Shown: positions 1 through 9,261 of the stretch, in pieces
Layout: each line of letters starts with the position of its first letter
How positions within the stretch are numbered: the stretch's first letter is position 1
Assembly (NCBI GenBank): GCA_013140485.1
Contig: JABFSS010000104.1
Span: 1 to 41,984 of the forward strand
DNA length: 41,984 bases
Origin: Candidatus Peribacteraceae bacterium
Lineage (GTDB): Bacteria; Patescibacteriota; Gracilibacteria; Peribacterales; Peribacteraceae
Direction of reading: 5' to 3'
Position numbers and translations under genes: made by a program
Notes under the pieces: generated by a model
Database searches by the model: none
Told to the model about the DNA's origin: nothing
Seen by the model: the letters and a program-made list of their open reading frames with translations, nothing else

Positions 1-158
1 GTTCGATGAGATGAGCATCACCTGGAGCGAGTTCCTGAAGCATGCGCTCCTGATGTTCCCGTTCGGTTTCAGCGTCTCCGAGAAGGTCTACAAGTACGAG
101 GCCGGCTACTACTTCTGGAAGAAGCTGGCGCCCCGCCTGCCGAAGACCGTCTACAAGT
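1..158. repeat. Terminal overlap of a circular assembly (left copy)
   Basis: Identical to 41827-41984 except C78 vs T41904; lies inside the portal ORF. Confidence 0.97.
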
Positions 159-1873
159 GGTACATGGACCCGTCCGGCGGCCTGCAGGGGATCCAGCAAT
201 ACGTGCAGATCGGCAAGCAGTTCAAGTACGTGGACCTGCCCGTCGAGAGCCTGCTGGTTTTCTCCCACGATCGGGAGGGTTCCAACTACGAGGGGATGAG
301 CGTCCTCCGGCCGGCCTATAAGCACTGGTACATCAAGGACAAGCTGTACCGGATCGGCGCGATCGGGATTGAGCGCAGCGCGGTCGGCACGCTGGTGGGC
401 ACCATGGGCGAGGCGGGAGGGCCCAACGAACGGGCCGCGCTCGAGGAGCTGATCAAAAAGCTGCGGGTCAACGAGGAAGCCGGGGTCGTGCTGCCGGCCG
501 GCTGGGATTTGAAGGATTTGGCGCATGACCTGAAATCCCGCGACATCGTCGAGTTTATCCAGCACCACGACACCAAGATCGCGCAATCCGTGCTGGCTCA
601 GTTCCTACAGCTCGGTGGGGAATCCGGAGGCAAGGGGTCCTGGGCGCTCAGCGCCGACCAGTCGGATTTCTTCCTGATGAACCTCAGCTGCGCGGCCAAC
701 CACGTGGCGGAGATCATCAACCGGCACGCGGCCAAGCAGCTGCTGGAATACAACTTCGCCGGCCTGAAGGCGCTGCCTCAGCTGAAGGTCAGCAAGCTCG
801 GCAGCATCGACAAGCAGAAGATGACGGAGGGGATCAACAACTTGGTCAGCGGAAAGATCGTTCTTCCGGATGACGAGTTGGAGGATTTCATGCGGGATCT
901 GTTGGGCCTGCCGGAAGCGCAGCGGGACGATTCGCCGGAGGAGCGCCAGAAGCGGCGGCAGCCGCCGGCGCCGGTCCCGCCCGGGCAGAATCCCCAGGAT
1001 CCGAAGAACCCCCAGGACCCGGCCAAGCCGGTCAAGGCATCGGAGCGGCCGCGGATCCGGTTGGCCGGCGGCGAGCTCGCGCTGCGCCGGAAGCTGACTA
1101 AGCACGAAGCGGTGCTGGACCTGGCCGAGCTGGAGGACCGGTTCGTCACCGGCGAGGAGAAGCTGATCGCGCAGCTGAAGGCGATCTGGATGGACCAGCG
1201 GGACGAGATCCTGAAGGGCGTCTCGGCGGCGGCTGAAAGCGGCCGGCTCAAAGACCTGATGGACATCGTCGTGCCGCTGACCGGTAAGTACAGCAGCACG
1301 GTCCGCAGCATCGTGGACGATCTGGCCCGCTTTGGGAAAGACGCGGTCGAGAAGGAGATGGAGCTGAAGGCGGCCGCCTTTCCGTCCGTGCTGGCGCAGT
1401 GGGTCAACGTGAAGGGCGACTCGATCGCTGAGCTGCACGCCGCCAAGCTCCGCACCAGCGCGATCCTGACGGCGCTGCGCAGCATCAGCTCCGGGAAATC
1501 GCCCAAAGCGGTGGTGTTCGATGTGAAGCAGGCGATCGGGGACCTGGCGGAGCGGGAGCTGCAGGCCACCGCCGGCGTCACCGTGATCGAAGCGGTGAAC
1601 ATGGGCCGCGCGGCCGCCGCGGAGCAGCACTCCGAGCTGCAGGCGGCGCAGTACAGCGGGATCCTGGACCAGAAGATCTGCCAGCTGTGCGAGTTTTTGG
1701 ACGGCAAGGTGCTCACGCTGGACAATCCCGCGTTCGATCGCTTCACGCCGCCGGTGCATAACAACTGCCGGTGCGTGTGGGTATTCATTCGCCAAGAGGA
1801 GGAGAACGTGTTGATCACCTGGGAGGAACCGCCGTCGGAGCTCGTCGGGCGGTTTGGAAATCTTGTTGCGTGA
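11..1873 (+). CDS. Portal protein (DUF935/Mu gp29-like) fused to a C-terminal head morphogenesis (Mu gpF/SPP1 gp7-like) domain; C-terminal part
   Basis: GFSV(F)EKVY, GMSVLRPAYKHWYIK and HHDTKIAQSVLAQFL portal motifs; Pro/Gln linker; D..IC..C..LDG...PPVHNNCRC gpF signature; follows terL. Confidence 0.88.
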   Translation: MSITWSEFLKHALLMFPFGFSVSEKVYKYEAGYYFWKKLAPRLPKTVYKWYMDPSGGLQGIQQYVQIGKQFKYVDLPVESLLVFSHDREGSNYEGMSVLRPAYKHWYIKDKLYRIGAIGIERSAVGTLVGTMGEAGGPNERAALEELIKKLRVNEEAGVVLPAGWDLKDLAHDLKSRDIVEFIQHHDTKIAQSVLAQFLQLGGESGGKGSWALSADQSDFFLMNLSCAANHVAEIINRHAAKQLLEYNFAGLKALPQLKVSKLGSIDKQKMTEGINNLVSGKIVLPDDELEDFMRDLLGLPEAQRDDSPEERQKRRQPPAPVPPGQNPQDPKNPQDPAKPVKASERPRIRLAGGELALRRKLTKHEAVLDLAELEDRFVTGEEKLIAQLKAIWMDQRDEILKGVSAAAESGRLKDLMDIVVPLTGKYSSTVRSIVDDLARFGKDAVEKEMELKAAAFPSVLAQWVNVKGDSIAELHAAKLRTSAILTALRSISSGKSPKAVVFDVKQAIGDLAERELQATAGVTVIEAVNMGRAAAAEQHSELQAAQYSGILDQKICQLCEFLDGKVLTLDNPAFDRFTPPVHNNCRCVWVFIRQEEENVLITWEEPPSELVGRFGNLVA

Positions 1874-1919
1874 TTCCTAAAAAAGCTATGCTCGGCTTAA
1901 GGGCATAAAAAACAAAAAA

Positions 1920-3251
1920 ATGCTTAGCGCAACTAAGAATCCTAAGAACGCACTAGCTAAGTCCCAGCTAACTAACCGCTGGCGGTTTGTCGATCAGATG
2001 GAGCAGTCGACCATCGAAACCGTCGCCGGCAAGAAATGCAGCTGGATCCAGATCATGCGGACCGGCGAATGGCGTCACCCGCAGTACGGCGAGTTCTCCA
2101 TCCAGCCCTCCGACATTCTCATGTTCAAGGAGAATTTCGAGCAGAACGTGCGCGGGGTGGACATCGCCGTCGACTGCGAGCATGAGCCGGAGAAAGGCGC
2201 CGCCGGCTGGATCCGGCAGATGGAGGCCCGGGACAACGGCCACGAGCTGTGGGCCTTCGTGGAGTGGACGCCGCGCGGGGAAACACTGGTCGCCTCCGGC
2301 GAGTTCCGGTACATCAGCCCGGAATTCGACTTCCGGTACAAGGATCCAGAAACGCAGCGGATTGTGGAGAACGTGATCTATGGCGTCGCGCTGACAAATC
2401 GCCCGTTCCTGAAGGGGATGGAGTCGGTCGTCCTCACCGAGGAAGCGGGCATGGCGGTCTTCTCGGAGGGAAAGGGCATGAAGCAGGGCATGAAGTTCGG
2501 TGAGCTCTTGGATGCGATGAAAAGCCGGGAAGTGGTCGACAAGGCGGTGAACGTGCTCAGCAACGCGCAGGACCTGCTGATGACCGCCAGCAACCTCGTC
2601 GGGGATTGCATCTACGACGAGGCGCTTTCCGAAGCCGACAAGGAGAAGAAGGTCCTGTCGGTGCTGAAGGATCTCCCGGAGGCCATCCTGGCCATCCTGA
2701 AGGACGTCGAGGTCGTCAAGGCCTCGGAACAGGCGCTCTCGTTGGTCAATCGCGCTGAAAAAGCGCTCAAGGAGGAGGGGGCAATGGAAACGGTTTCGCT
2801 CAAGGAACACAACGATCTCAAAGCTGAAGTTAGGAAGCTTACGGACGGCGCGGTCGCCCTGCAAGCCAAGGCGGACCAGGCCGAGGCGAAGCTGAAAGAG
2901 ATGGAGGCCGACAAGTCCGTCGAAGCTGCGGTCCGGGCCGGCAAGATCACCCCCGCGCAGCGCGAATGGGCGAAGGGGTACGCCCTGAAGGACCCGACCG
3001 GGTTTGCTTCCTTCGTGAAGGATGCGCCGGTCGTGGTGAAGCTGAGCGAGCGCACCACCGAGCAGGGCGGCGCTGGGCAAGGATCCGGCGACGAGGGCAA
3101 GAGCGCCAGTGAGCAGCTGCATGCCAAGGCCAAGGAGCTCCAGGCGGCCAATCAGGGCATGAAGTTCTCGGAAGCGCTCAGCCGCGCGGGCAAAGAGAAT
3201 CCTGAGCTGTACGAACAGTACCGGCTCAAGGAAACTCCGCGAATCAGCTAA
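1920..3251 (+). CDS. Mu gp32/I-like prohead protease with C-terminal scaffold (start may be ATG 1998)
   Basis: VDCEH, AAGWI, VEWTPRG, FRYISPEF, VALTNRPF motifs; AVRAGKITPAQREWA scaffold motif. Confidence 0.9.
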   Translation: MLSATKNPKNALAKSQLTNRWRFVDQMEQSTIETVAGKKCSWIQIMRTGEWRHPQYGEFSIQPSDILMFKENFEQNVRGVDIAVDCEHEPEKGAAGWIRQMEARDNGHELWAFVEWTPRGETLVASGEFRYISPEFDFRYKDPETQRIVENVIYGVALTNRPFLKGMESVVLTEEAGMAVFSEGKGMKQGMKFGELLDAMKSREVVDKAVNVLSNAQDLLMTASNLVGDCIYDEALSEADKEKKVLSVLKDLPEAILAILKDVEVVKASEQALSLVNRAEKALKEEGAMETVSLKEHNDLKAEVRKLTDGAVALQAKADQAEAKLKEMEADKSVEAAVRAGKITPAQREWAKGYALKDPTGFASFVKDAPVVVKLSERTTEQGGAGQGSGDEGKSASEQLHAKAKELQAANQGMKFSEALSRAGKENPELYEQYRLKETPRIS

Positions 3252-3278
3252 CCGGACCCCACAGGGAGGAGAAAACGA

Positions 3279-3647
3279 ATGTCTCAGGAACACGTTCTGA
3301 TGAGCATCACGAAGGAAGCGGCCGCCGATCTGAGCGCGAAGAAATATTACTGCATCGCGCAGGATGCGAACGGCAAGGCCGCCTTGGCTTCCAGCGCCAC
3401 GGCGAAGGGCAACCTCGGCATTTTGCAGAACAAGCCGGCCAGCGGCGAAGCGGCCAATATCGCCGTCCTGGGCACGTCCAAGGCGATTCTGGGCGGGACG
3501 GTGGATGAGGGGGACCAGCTGACGACGGATGCGAACGGCAAGTTGATCGCTACCACGTCGGCGGGTGACTTCGTTGTGGCCGAAGCTCTCGAGGCCGGTG
3601 TCCTCAACGACATCGCCGAAGTTCGGCTGGTCAAGTACCGCTACTAA
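3279..3647 (+). CDS. Capsid cement/decoration protein (DUF2190-like)
   Basis: 122 aa, GILQN.P..GE..GT...GD.LTTDANG pattern; lies between protease and MCP; RBS GGAGG. Confidence 0.8.
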   Translation: MSQEHVLMSITKEAAADLSAKKYYCIAQDANGKAALASSATAKGNLGILQNKPASGEAANIAVLGTSKAILGGTVDEGDQLTTDANGKLIATTSAGDFVVAEALEAGVLNDIAEVRLVKYRY

Positions 3648-3665
3648 ACCGGGAGGAGAAGCCAA

Positions 3666-4616
3666 ATGCAAGAAGCGCATGGGAAGTGGCGGTTCGCTGA
3701 AGTCGCCCACATCGACCGTCTGCTGACGGACTTCAGCATCGAGTACGCGAACGAGGAAGCTGCGTTCGTCGGACTCCAGGTTTTGCCGGCGTTGCAGGTG
3801 AAGTTCGAGTCGGACAAGTTCCTGAAATACAAGAAGGGGAACAACTTCCAGCTGCCCGACGCCAAGCGGGCGATCCGCACGAAGTACAAGCGGATCAGCT
3901 GGGAAACGGACACCGACTCCTATAAGTGCGAGGAGTACGGGCTGGAGGACCTGATCGACGACCGGGAGCGCCAGAACACCGACGCGCCCATGGATCAGGA
4001 CCAGGACACCACCGGCACGCTCACGAAGGCCATGCTCCTGCTGCATGAGACGCGCGTGACCAGTTTGGTCACCAGCACGGCCAACGTGACCCTGAACACC
4101 ACGCTTTCCGGCACCAGCCAGTGGAGCGATTACGACGATTCGGACCCGTTTGCAGCCATCGAAACGGGTATCGACGCCGTCCAGGCGGCCACCGGCATGC
4201 GCCCCAACACCATGGTGATGGGATACGCGGTGTGGGCGAAGCTGAAGCACCACCCGGACCTGTTGGACCGGATCAAGCACACCCAGAAGGGCGTGATGAC
4301 CACGGATCTCCTGGCCGCGTTGCTGGGCCTCGATGCGGTGTACGTCAGCCGCGCCGTGAAGAATTCGGCCAAGGAAGGGCAGACCGTCAGCCTCGGCTAC
4401 GTTTGGGGCAAGGACGCGCTGCTGTATTACCGGAAGCCGGGCCGGCCGACCCTGCGGAGCCTCACGTTCGGCGTCACGTTCATGTCGCGTGACTGGCAGA
4501 CCGAGCGCTACCGGGAAGAGACCGCCAAGTCGGATGTCTTCCGCGTGAGCCACGTGGTGGACGAGAAGCTCGTTGCTGCGGATGTCGCGTACCTGATCAA
4601 AGACGCCGTAGCGTAA
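3666..4616 (+). CDS. Major capsid protein
   Basis: 316 aa, position, ID..LT..SI.Y.N start, RPNTMVMG..VW..LKHHP motif; RBS GGAGG. Confidence 0.9.
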   Translation: MQEAHGKWRFAEVAHIDRLLTDFSIEYANEEAAFVGLQVLPALQVKFESDKFLKYKKGNNFQLPDAKRAIRTKYKRISWETDTDSYKCEEYGLEDLIDDRERQNTDAPMDQDQDTTGTLTKAMLLLHETRVTSLVTSTANVTLNTTLSGTSQWSDYDDSDPFAAIETGIDAVQAATGMRPNTMVMGYAVWAKLKHHPDLLDRIKHTQKGVMTTDLLAALLGLDAVYVSRAVKNSAKEGQTVSLGYVWGKDALLYYRKPGRPTLRSLTFGVTFMSRDWQTERYREETAKSDVFRVSHVVDEKLVAADVAYLIKDAVA

Positions 4617-4632
4617 GAATTCACCTGAGATC

Positions 4633-4673
4633 GGGGCAGGTCAGAGTGGCTCAACGTCACCTCGGCCTGCCCC
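4633..4673 (+). terminator. Hairpin downstream of the MCP gene (weak terminator or mRNA stabiliser)
   Basis: GGGGCAGG/CCTGCCCC stem plus inner pairs; poor U tail. Confidence 0.45.
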
Positions 4674-4697
4674 TTCTCGCATAGGGAGGGAAAACCA

Positions 4698-5339
4698 ATG
4701 GCTGTTCGCGTAACGCGGGGAAAGATGCTGGCGGGGCGCATCGCTGGACTGGATGGGCTGGAAGCCAAGACCGATGCGCATCTGGACGTCAAGACCAAGG
4801 GCGACACGAAAGTCATCAAGCTCAACAGCCGCAACTACGCGGCCACTTCCGGCGACAACATCGGTTTCCAGGTCAAGCCGGCCGGCAACGCTGCCAGCGG
4901 CACGGCAACCATCATAGGCGGTCAGATCTCGCCGCGCTTTCTGGACGGCAAGCTCGGCGCCAACCTGATCGGTCTGCACGTGGACGCCTACCTGAAAGGC
5001 ACGACCGGCGATATTTCCGCTGACGTGCGGGCGTTGAACCTCGAGCTGGTGGCCGATGAGGGCGGGGCCCGGGCGATCGGTGGTGACGTGACCGGCATCC
5101 GGATCCGCAGCTACCTGCCGGCTGGCACGATCACCGGCAAGAAGCAGGCCATCAAGATCGAGGTGCCGGAGAGCGGCGGCAAGGCGTATGACGCCGTCCT
5201 GGCCCTCACCAGCACGCACGGCGCGGTCTGGGATGTGAAGGGGTCGGACTATAGCCCCTCTCAGCCGCGGGCCAAGATCAAGGTGCTGGTCAACGGCACC
5301 GCCTACTGGCTGGTCGGTTACGCGGTCGAGCCCACGTAA
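4698..5339 (+). CDS. Hypothetical virion structural protein
   Basis: RBS GGGAGG, beta-rich composition, position in head cluster. Confidence 0.7.
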   Translation: MAVRVTRGKMLAGRIAGLDGLEAKTDAHLDVKTKGDTKVIKLNSRNYAATSGDNIGFQVKPAGNAASGTATIIGGQISPRFLDGKLGANLIGLHVDAYLKGTTGDISADVRALNLELVADEGGARAIGGDVTGIRIRSYLPAGTITGKKQAIKIEVPESGGKAYDAVLALTSTHGAVWDVKGSDYSPSQPRAKIKVLVNGTAYWLVGYAVEPT

Positions 5340-5343
5340 GCCG

Positions 5344-5538
5344 ATGCAGATCAGCTTGGCTGACCTGCAGAAGCGTCTGGAAGGCCTGCAGGCGGGCAGG
5401 GTGGAAGCCATGGCCAGTCTGAACACCTACGATGGGGCGATCCAGGAGTGTCAGCACTGGATCGCCCTTCTTTCTCAACAGGAGGGCAAGAGCGATGCAA
5501 ATCAAGTTCCTGAAAAATGTCACGCACGACGGCGTTAG
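5344..5538 (+). CDS. Small coiled-coil hypothetical protein
   Basis: Fills the gap between neighbours; amphipathic helix. Confidence 0.6.
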   Translation: MQISLADLQKRLEGLQAGRVEAMASLNTYDGAIQECQHWIALLSQQEGKSDANQVPEKCHARRR

Positions 5539-5896
5539 CTACGGCGCCGGGCAGGTTTCGGATTTCGAGGACGCGCCGGCCGCGCAGGTTCTGATCCAGG
5601 CTGGCCTCGCTGAGAAGGTTTCCGGCTCCGAATCGGCCGCGCCGGCCGGAGAGGCCGGGGATCCCCCGGCGGGTTCGGCGGGCGATTCCCAACAGGGCGG
5701 CGCTGAGGATCCCGCGGGAGCGGGCCAGGCCGGCGACCCGCCGGGCCCGTCGGCGGAGCCGGGTGACACCACCGGCGAGATGGAAGCGGCCGCAGGCGGC
5801 GCAGCTGGGGATCCTCCCGAGGGCGGCTCCGGATCGGCCGCGCCGGGGGCCAAGGGGAAGGATCACAAGGACAAGGGCCACAAGGGCAAGAAATAA
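5495..5896 (+). CDS. Hypothetical protein with a small N-terminal domain and a low-complexity G/A/P tail
   Basis: RBS GGAGG before ATG 5495; MQIKFLKNVTHDG..Y..G pattern typical of small post-MCP proteins. Confidence 0.7.
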   Translation: MQIKFLKNVTHDGVSYGAGQVSDFEDAPAAQVLIQAGLAEKVSGSESAAPAGEAGDPPAGSAGDSQQGGAEDPAGAGQAGDPPGPSAEPGDTTGEMEAAAGGAAGDPPEGGSGSAAPGAKGKDHKDKGHKGKK

Positions 5897-5902
5897 CCCG
5901 CC

Positions 5903-6340
5903 ATGGCCTACGCTGTCGCTGCCGACGTCGCCAAGCTGCTGCCGGGGATGACTTTCTCCGACACCACGAAGGTCACGACCGCTGATCTGACCGAGATCCT
6001 CAGCCAGGTCGAGGCCATGGTGGACGCGGCGTTGCAGAACATCTACACGGTGCCGATCACCGGCTCGGCCGCGCTCAAGGTGGTGAAGATGTTGGTCACC
6101 CATAAGGCGGCGGCCATGGTGATCGAGCGGACGGACCAGCAGGGGGACAAGGTCCATCCGAAGGCGGCGGCCTGGAACAAGACGTTCACGGACTGGCTCG
6201 ATCTGCTGGAGAAAGAAACCGTCCGCCTTACAGACGCTCCGATCGTCAACACGCAAGCGGAGCGGTGCATCAGCACTGGGGCGCTGGACAGCGACGGCAA
6301 CGAGCGGCTGCCCAGCTTCACCATGGATCAGGTGTTCTGA
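5903..6340 (+). CDS. Head-tail adaptor (Mu gp36-like)
   Basis: MAYA..ADV start, VDAAL..Y.VPI, WL..L motif; position. Confidence 0.75.
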   Translation: MAYAVAADVAKLLPGMTFSDTTKVTTADLTEILSQVEAMVDAALQNIYTVPITGSAALKVVKMLVTHKAAAMVIERTDQQGDKVHPKAAAWNKTFTDWLDLLEKETVRLTDAPIVNTQAERCISTGALDSDGNERLPSFTMDQVF

Positions 6341-6834
6341 TGGCATTCACGCTGCAGTTCGAGGTGGGCGGCGACGTGCAGCTGTCGCGCGAGCTGCGCC
6401 ACATCTCGGAGGGGGTGAAGGATTTCAGCGTGCCATTGAACCTGATAAGCCGGGATTTCTATGAGGGCCAACGGGCCACGTTTGAAGCCGAAGGCGCTGC
6501 CGAAGGCAAACAGAAATGGCCGGCCCTCTCACCGGCTTATCGTCTTTGGAAGGACCAGCGCTTCCCCGGCCGGCCGCTCCTGGTCCTGCGGGGGAATCTC
6601 AGCAAGGCCGCCACGGATCCGAAAGCGCCGGGGGCCAAGCATGAGGTGTCCAAGGTGCAGTTCCGGGCCGGGGTGGACATCCCGGTCAACGGCTGGAACC
6701 TGGCGGCGCTGCACCAGTTCGGGACCCGGCGCATGCCGCAGCGCAAGGTGATCCAGCTGAGCGAGCCGCAGAAGCTGCGCTGGGTGCAGATCTTCCGGCG
6801 CTGGTACTACGAGCTGGTGGCGGGGACCGCCTGA
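6340..6834 (+). CDS. Virion morphogenesis/neck protein (Mu gpG-like)
   Basis: W.ALSP.Y...K, AALHQFGT..MPQR motifs; TGATG coupling. Confidence 0.82.
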   Translation: MAFTLQFEVGGDVQLSRELRHISEGVKDFSVPLNLISRDFYEGQRATFEAEGAAEGKQKWPALSPAYRLWKDQRFPGRPLLVLRGNLSKAATDPKAPGAKHEVSKVQFRAGVDIPVNGWNLAALHQFGTRRMPQRKVIQLSEPQKLRWVQIFRRWYYELVAGTA

Positions 6835-7346
6835 TGGGAAACACGCTGGAGGAAGTCGTTTTCGAGATCGTGAGCGTCCTGGCCACGGACCTGCCGGCCA
6901 AGCTGGACGCTCTGGACACCGAGTACGGCGACGGCATCACGCTGGACGACATCCAGCGGTTCTACGTAAGCGACATCGACAAGTCGTTCAACATCAACCA
7001 GTGCCCGTTCGTGGTGGTGATGGGGCGGGGTTACAGCGTGGACTCCAGCTCGCTGTCCACCGGCCGGGACATGCTGCGGGTGGAGATCGAGACCTACGTG
7101 GGATCGGATCCCAACCTGAAGCTGACCAAGGGCGGCCGGGAATACGTCTTTGAGGAGGTTCTGGAGGTCCGCATCATGCGGTACGCGCGGGCGATCCGGG
7201 AGGTGCTGTACGCCAAGCGGACCCTAAACAACAAGTGCGAGTGGATCAACGTGGACGACGCTCTGATCAGCAACGTTCTGCCGGTTGAGGACGCTTTCAT
7301 GCGGGCCCACCGGCTGACCTGCGAAGTCAGCACCTTCAAACGGTAG
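6834..7346 (+). CDS. Putative tail terminator/completion protein
   Basis: Size and position before the tail tube; TGATG coupling. Confidence 0.6.
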   Translation: MGNTLEEVVFEIVSVLATDLPAKLDALDTEYGDGITLDDIQRFYVSDIDKSFNINQCPFVVVMGRGYSVDSSSLSTGRDMLRVEIETYVGSDPNLKLTKGGREYVFEEVLEVRIMRYARAIREVLYAKRTLNNKCEWINVDDALISNVLPVEDAFMRAHRLTCEVSTFKR

Positions 7347-7354
7347 GAGGAACC

Positions 7355-7552
7355 ATGGCGAAACTGAAATATCAGGGCAGCATCCCGACGGTCAGCCTCT
7401 CGTGGGGCGTCGTTTTGAACGCACCGCAGCAGACCGGCGATCGGTGCAAGATCAAGCGCGGCGATGTCATCGAGGTCACCGACGAGGCCGCCAAGAGTTT
7501 ATTGGCGTCTGGCAACTTCGTTCAAGAAGGCAAGAAAAAGGAGGGGGCTTAA
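7355..7552 (+). CDS. Small hypothetical protein
   Basis: RBS AGGAGG; GDVIEV..E.A..LL..GNF pattern. Confidence 0.7.
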   Translation: MAKLKYQGSIPTVSLSWGVVLNAPQQTGDRCKIKRGDVIEVTDEAAKSLLASGNFVQEGKKKEGA

Positions 7553-8518
7553 ATGGCATTCGGACACAAATCCTTTATCGGCATCGGTGCCGAATCCACG
7601 TGGGGCACCGCCGTCGCACGCACCAAGTTCCTCGAGCTGGTCAAGGGCGGGGATGGGATCGACCTGGAAGAAGAAGCAATGCTGTCCAACTCCATCGCCA
7701 CGATCGGCCATGACGAGGCCAAGCATTACGCGCAGGGGAAGATCTCTGTGGCGGGGCCGCTCATCTTCGAGTTTCCGGAGGAGGGCGCCGAGCTGCTGCT
7801 GAAGAACGCCTTCGGATCCGTGGCCACGGCAGTGCCCGGCGGCGGGACCAACTCGCGGGAGCATACCTTCACGATCGCCGACGCGCTGCCCACCGGCCTG
7901 ACCGTGGAGATCCACAAGGACGCCCCCGGCGGCTCGCCGTCCTTCATCTACTCCGGTTGCAAGGTCAACCAGCTGGAGTTTGCGATCGGGTTGGACGACC
8001 GGCTGCGCTGCACAGCCCAGATCGTCGGGAAGGACGTCGCCAAGGGTGCGAAATCGAGCGAAACGCTGCCGACGCGGCGGCCGTTCCATTTCGCGGACGC
8101 CGTCTGCAAGTGGGCGGGATCCCAGGTCGAGGTGAGCGAAGCCAAGATCACGCTCAACAACAACCTGGACGTGGAGCGCCGGTTCATCGGCAGCCGCCTG
8201 ATCAAGGAGCCGATCCGGGGCGGGAGCAAGGTTGCCGTCACGTTCTCGTTCACGATGGAATTCGACAGCATCACGCAGTTCGATGACTGGCGGGCGGCCA
8301 CGAAGCGGGTGCTGGAGCTGACCTTCACCGGCGAGATCATCGAGGGGGCGATCCCCTACAAGCTGCAGCTGCTGTGCAACGTGTCGCGGCTCACCAAGGC
8401 GCATCCGCTGATCAACGACGGCGGCCGGGTGACCTACGAGATCGCCGGCATGGCGTTTCGGGACGCGACGGACAAGGAGCTGAAGGCGATCCTCACGAAC
8501 ACCGTCACCTCGGTTTAA
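7553..8518 (+). CDS. Major tail tube protein
   Basis: ESTWGT start, LTVEI, YSGCKVN.L, ITLNNNL motifs; 321 aa; no sheath gene nearby. Confidence 0.85.
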   Translation: MAFGHKSFIGIGAESTWGTAVARTKFLELVKGGDGIDLEEEAMLSNSIATIGHDEAKHYAQGKISVAGPLIFEFPEEGAELLLKNAFGSVATAVPGGGTNSREHTFTIADALPTGLTVEIHKDAPGGSPSFIYSGCKVNQLEFAIGLDDRLRCTAQIVGKDVAKGAKSSETLPTRRPFHFADAVCKWAGSQVEVSEAKITLNNNLDVERRFIGSRLIKEPIRGGSKVAVTFSFTMEFDSITQFDDWRAATKRVLELTFTGEIIEGAIPYKLQLLCNVSRLTKAHPLINDGGRVTYEIAGMAFRDATDKELKAILTNTVTSV

Positions 8519-8546
8519 CGTTTCACCTGAAGTTGGAGGGCAGGTC

Positions 8547-8813
8547 ATGAAGTTGGAAATCGTGTCAGACGGGTCTGCTGAAGGTACACGGGTCCTGATC
8601 AACGGCAAGGAGCAGCCGCGTCTGTTGAAGTTTGCGTTCTCCGTCGTGGCCAAGAAGCGGGCCCGGCTGGAGATCCTGGAAGATGTCGATGGGCAAGAAG
8701 TTTTCCGAAGTTATTACGGTCCCGACTTCAAGCACCTTGATGGGCGGGACAGCGAAGTTAAAGGAGCCAACAGCTATGTCGGCGGAGAAAATCGCACCCT
8801 CACAAGAACCTAG
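8547..8813 (+). CDS. Hypothetical protein
   Basis: RBS GGAGG; overlaps the chaperone start by 38 nt. Confidence 0.6.
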   Translation: MKLEIVSDGSAEGTRVLINGKEQPRLLKFAFSVVAKKRARLEILEDVDGQEVFRSYYGPDFKHLDGRDSEVKGANSYVGGENRTLTRT

Positions 8814-9261
8814 CCCGCTGGCGGTCCTCGCCAAGCGGTTGGGGCATCAGATCGAGATCGGCGGCAAGCAGTTCACGATCTCGCCTTTCACTGTTTCCGA
8901 GCTCGCGGACCTGGATGACCGGCTGGGAGGTATCGCCGGCAACATGCAGGAGCTTATGAAGATCAAGAACATGCTGTTCTTCATCTGGCTCGGCGTCCGC
9001 AAGACCGGCCTCACCCAAGACCAAATCGACAACCAGGAGTGGGCGTTCAACGAGCGCCGGATTGGTTCGCTGATGGGCCCCAATGACGGCGAAAAGCTCA
9101 TGACACTGGTGGCCCGGATCGCAGCCGTTTCCGGGATCCCGTTTGGAGCTGCGGAAGGCACGCTCGTGGACGCTTTAAAAAAAAGCGTCGGCGAATTAGA
9201 GGAGACAGCACCTGGCCAGCCGTCTTCTACGTCCTCCGAGCCAAGTGTGGCTTCAGCCTGA
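8776..9261 (+). CDS. Tail assembly chaperone (gpG-like)
   Basis: RBS AAGGAG, ATG 8776, between tube and tape measure; contains a slippery site. Confidence 0.8.
   Translation: MSAEKIAPSQEPSPLAVLAKRLGHQIEIGGKQFTISPFTVSELADLDDRLGGIAGNMQELMKIKNMLFFIWLGVRKTGLTQDQIDNQEWAFNERRIGSLMGPNDGEKLMTLVARIAAVSGIPFGAAEGTLVDALKKSVGELEETAPGQPSSTSSEPSVASA

Noticed and set aside
1968..4553. 861-aa minus-strand ORF and many other long antisense or alternative-frame ORFs
   Set aside because: They shadow well-supported plus-strand genes; long shadow ORFs are expected at high GC and show no recognisable motifs
5620..5850. Repeated GGGGATCC/GCCGGC motifs as a DNA repeat array
   Set aside because: Explained by low-complexity AGDPP-type peptide repeats in the coding frame
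11..6834. Mu-like transposable phage
   Set aside because: Head genes are Mu-like, but no DDE transposase or MuB is seen; a tyrosine integrase and attP are present instead
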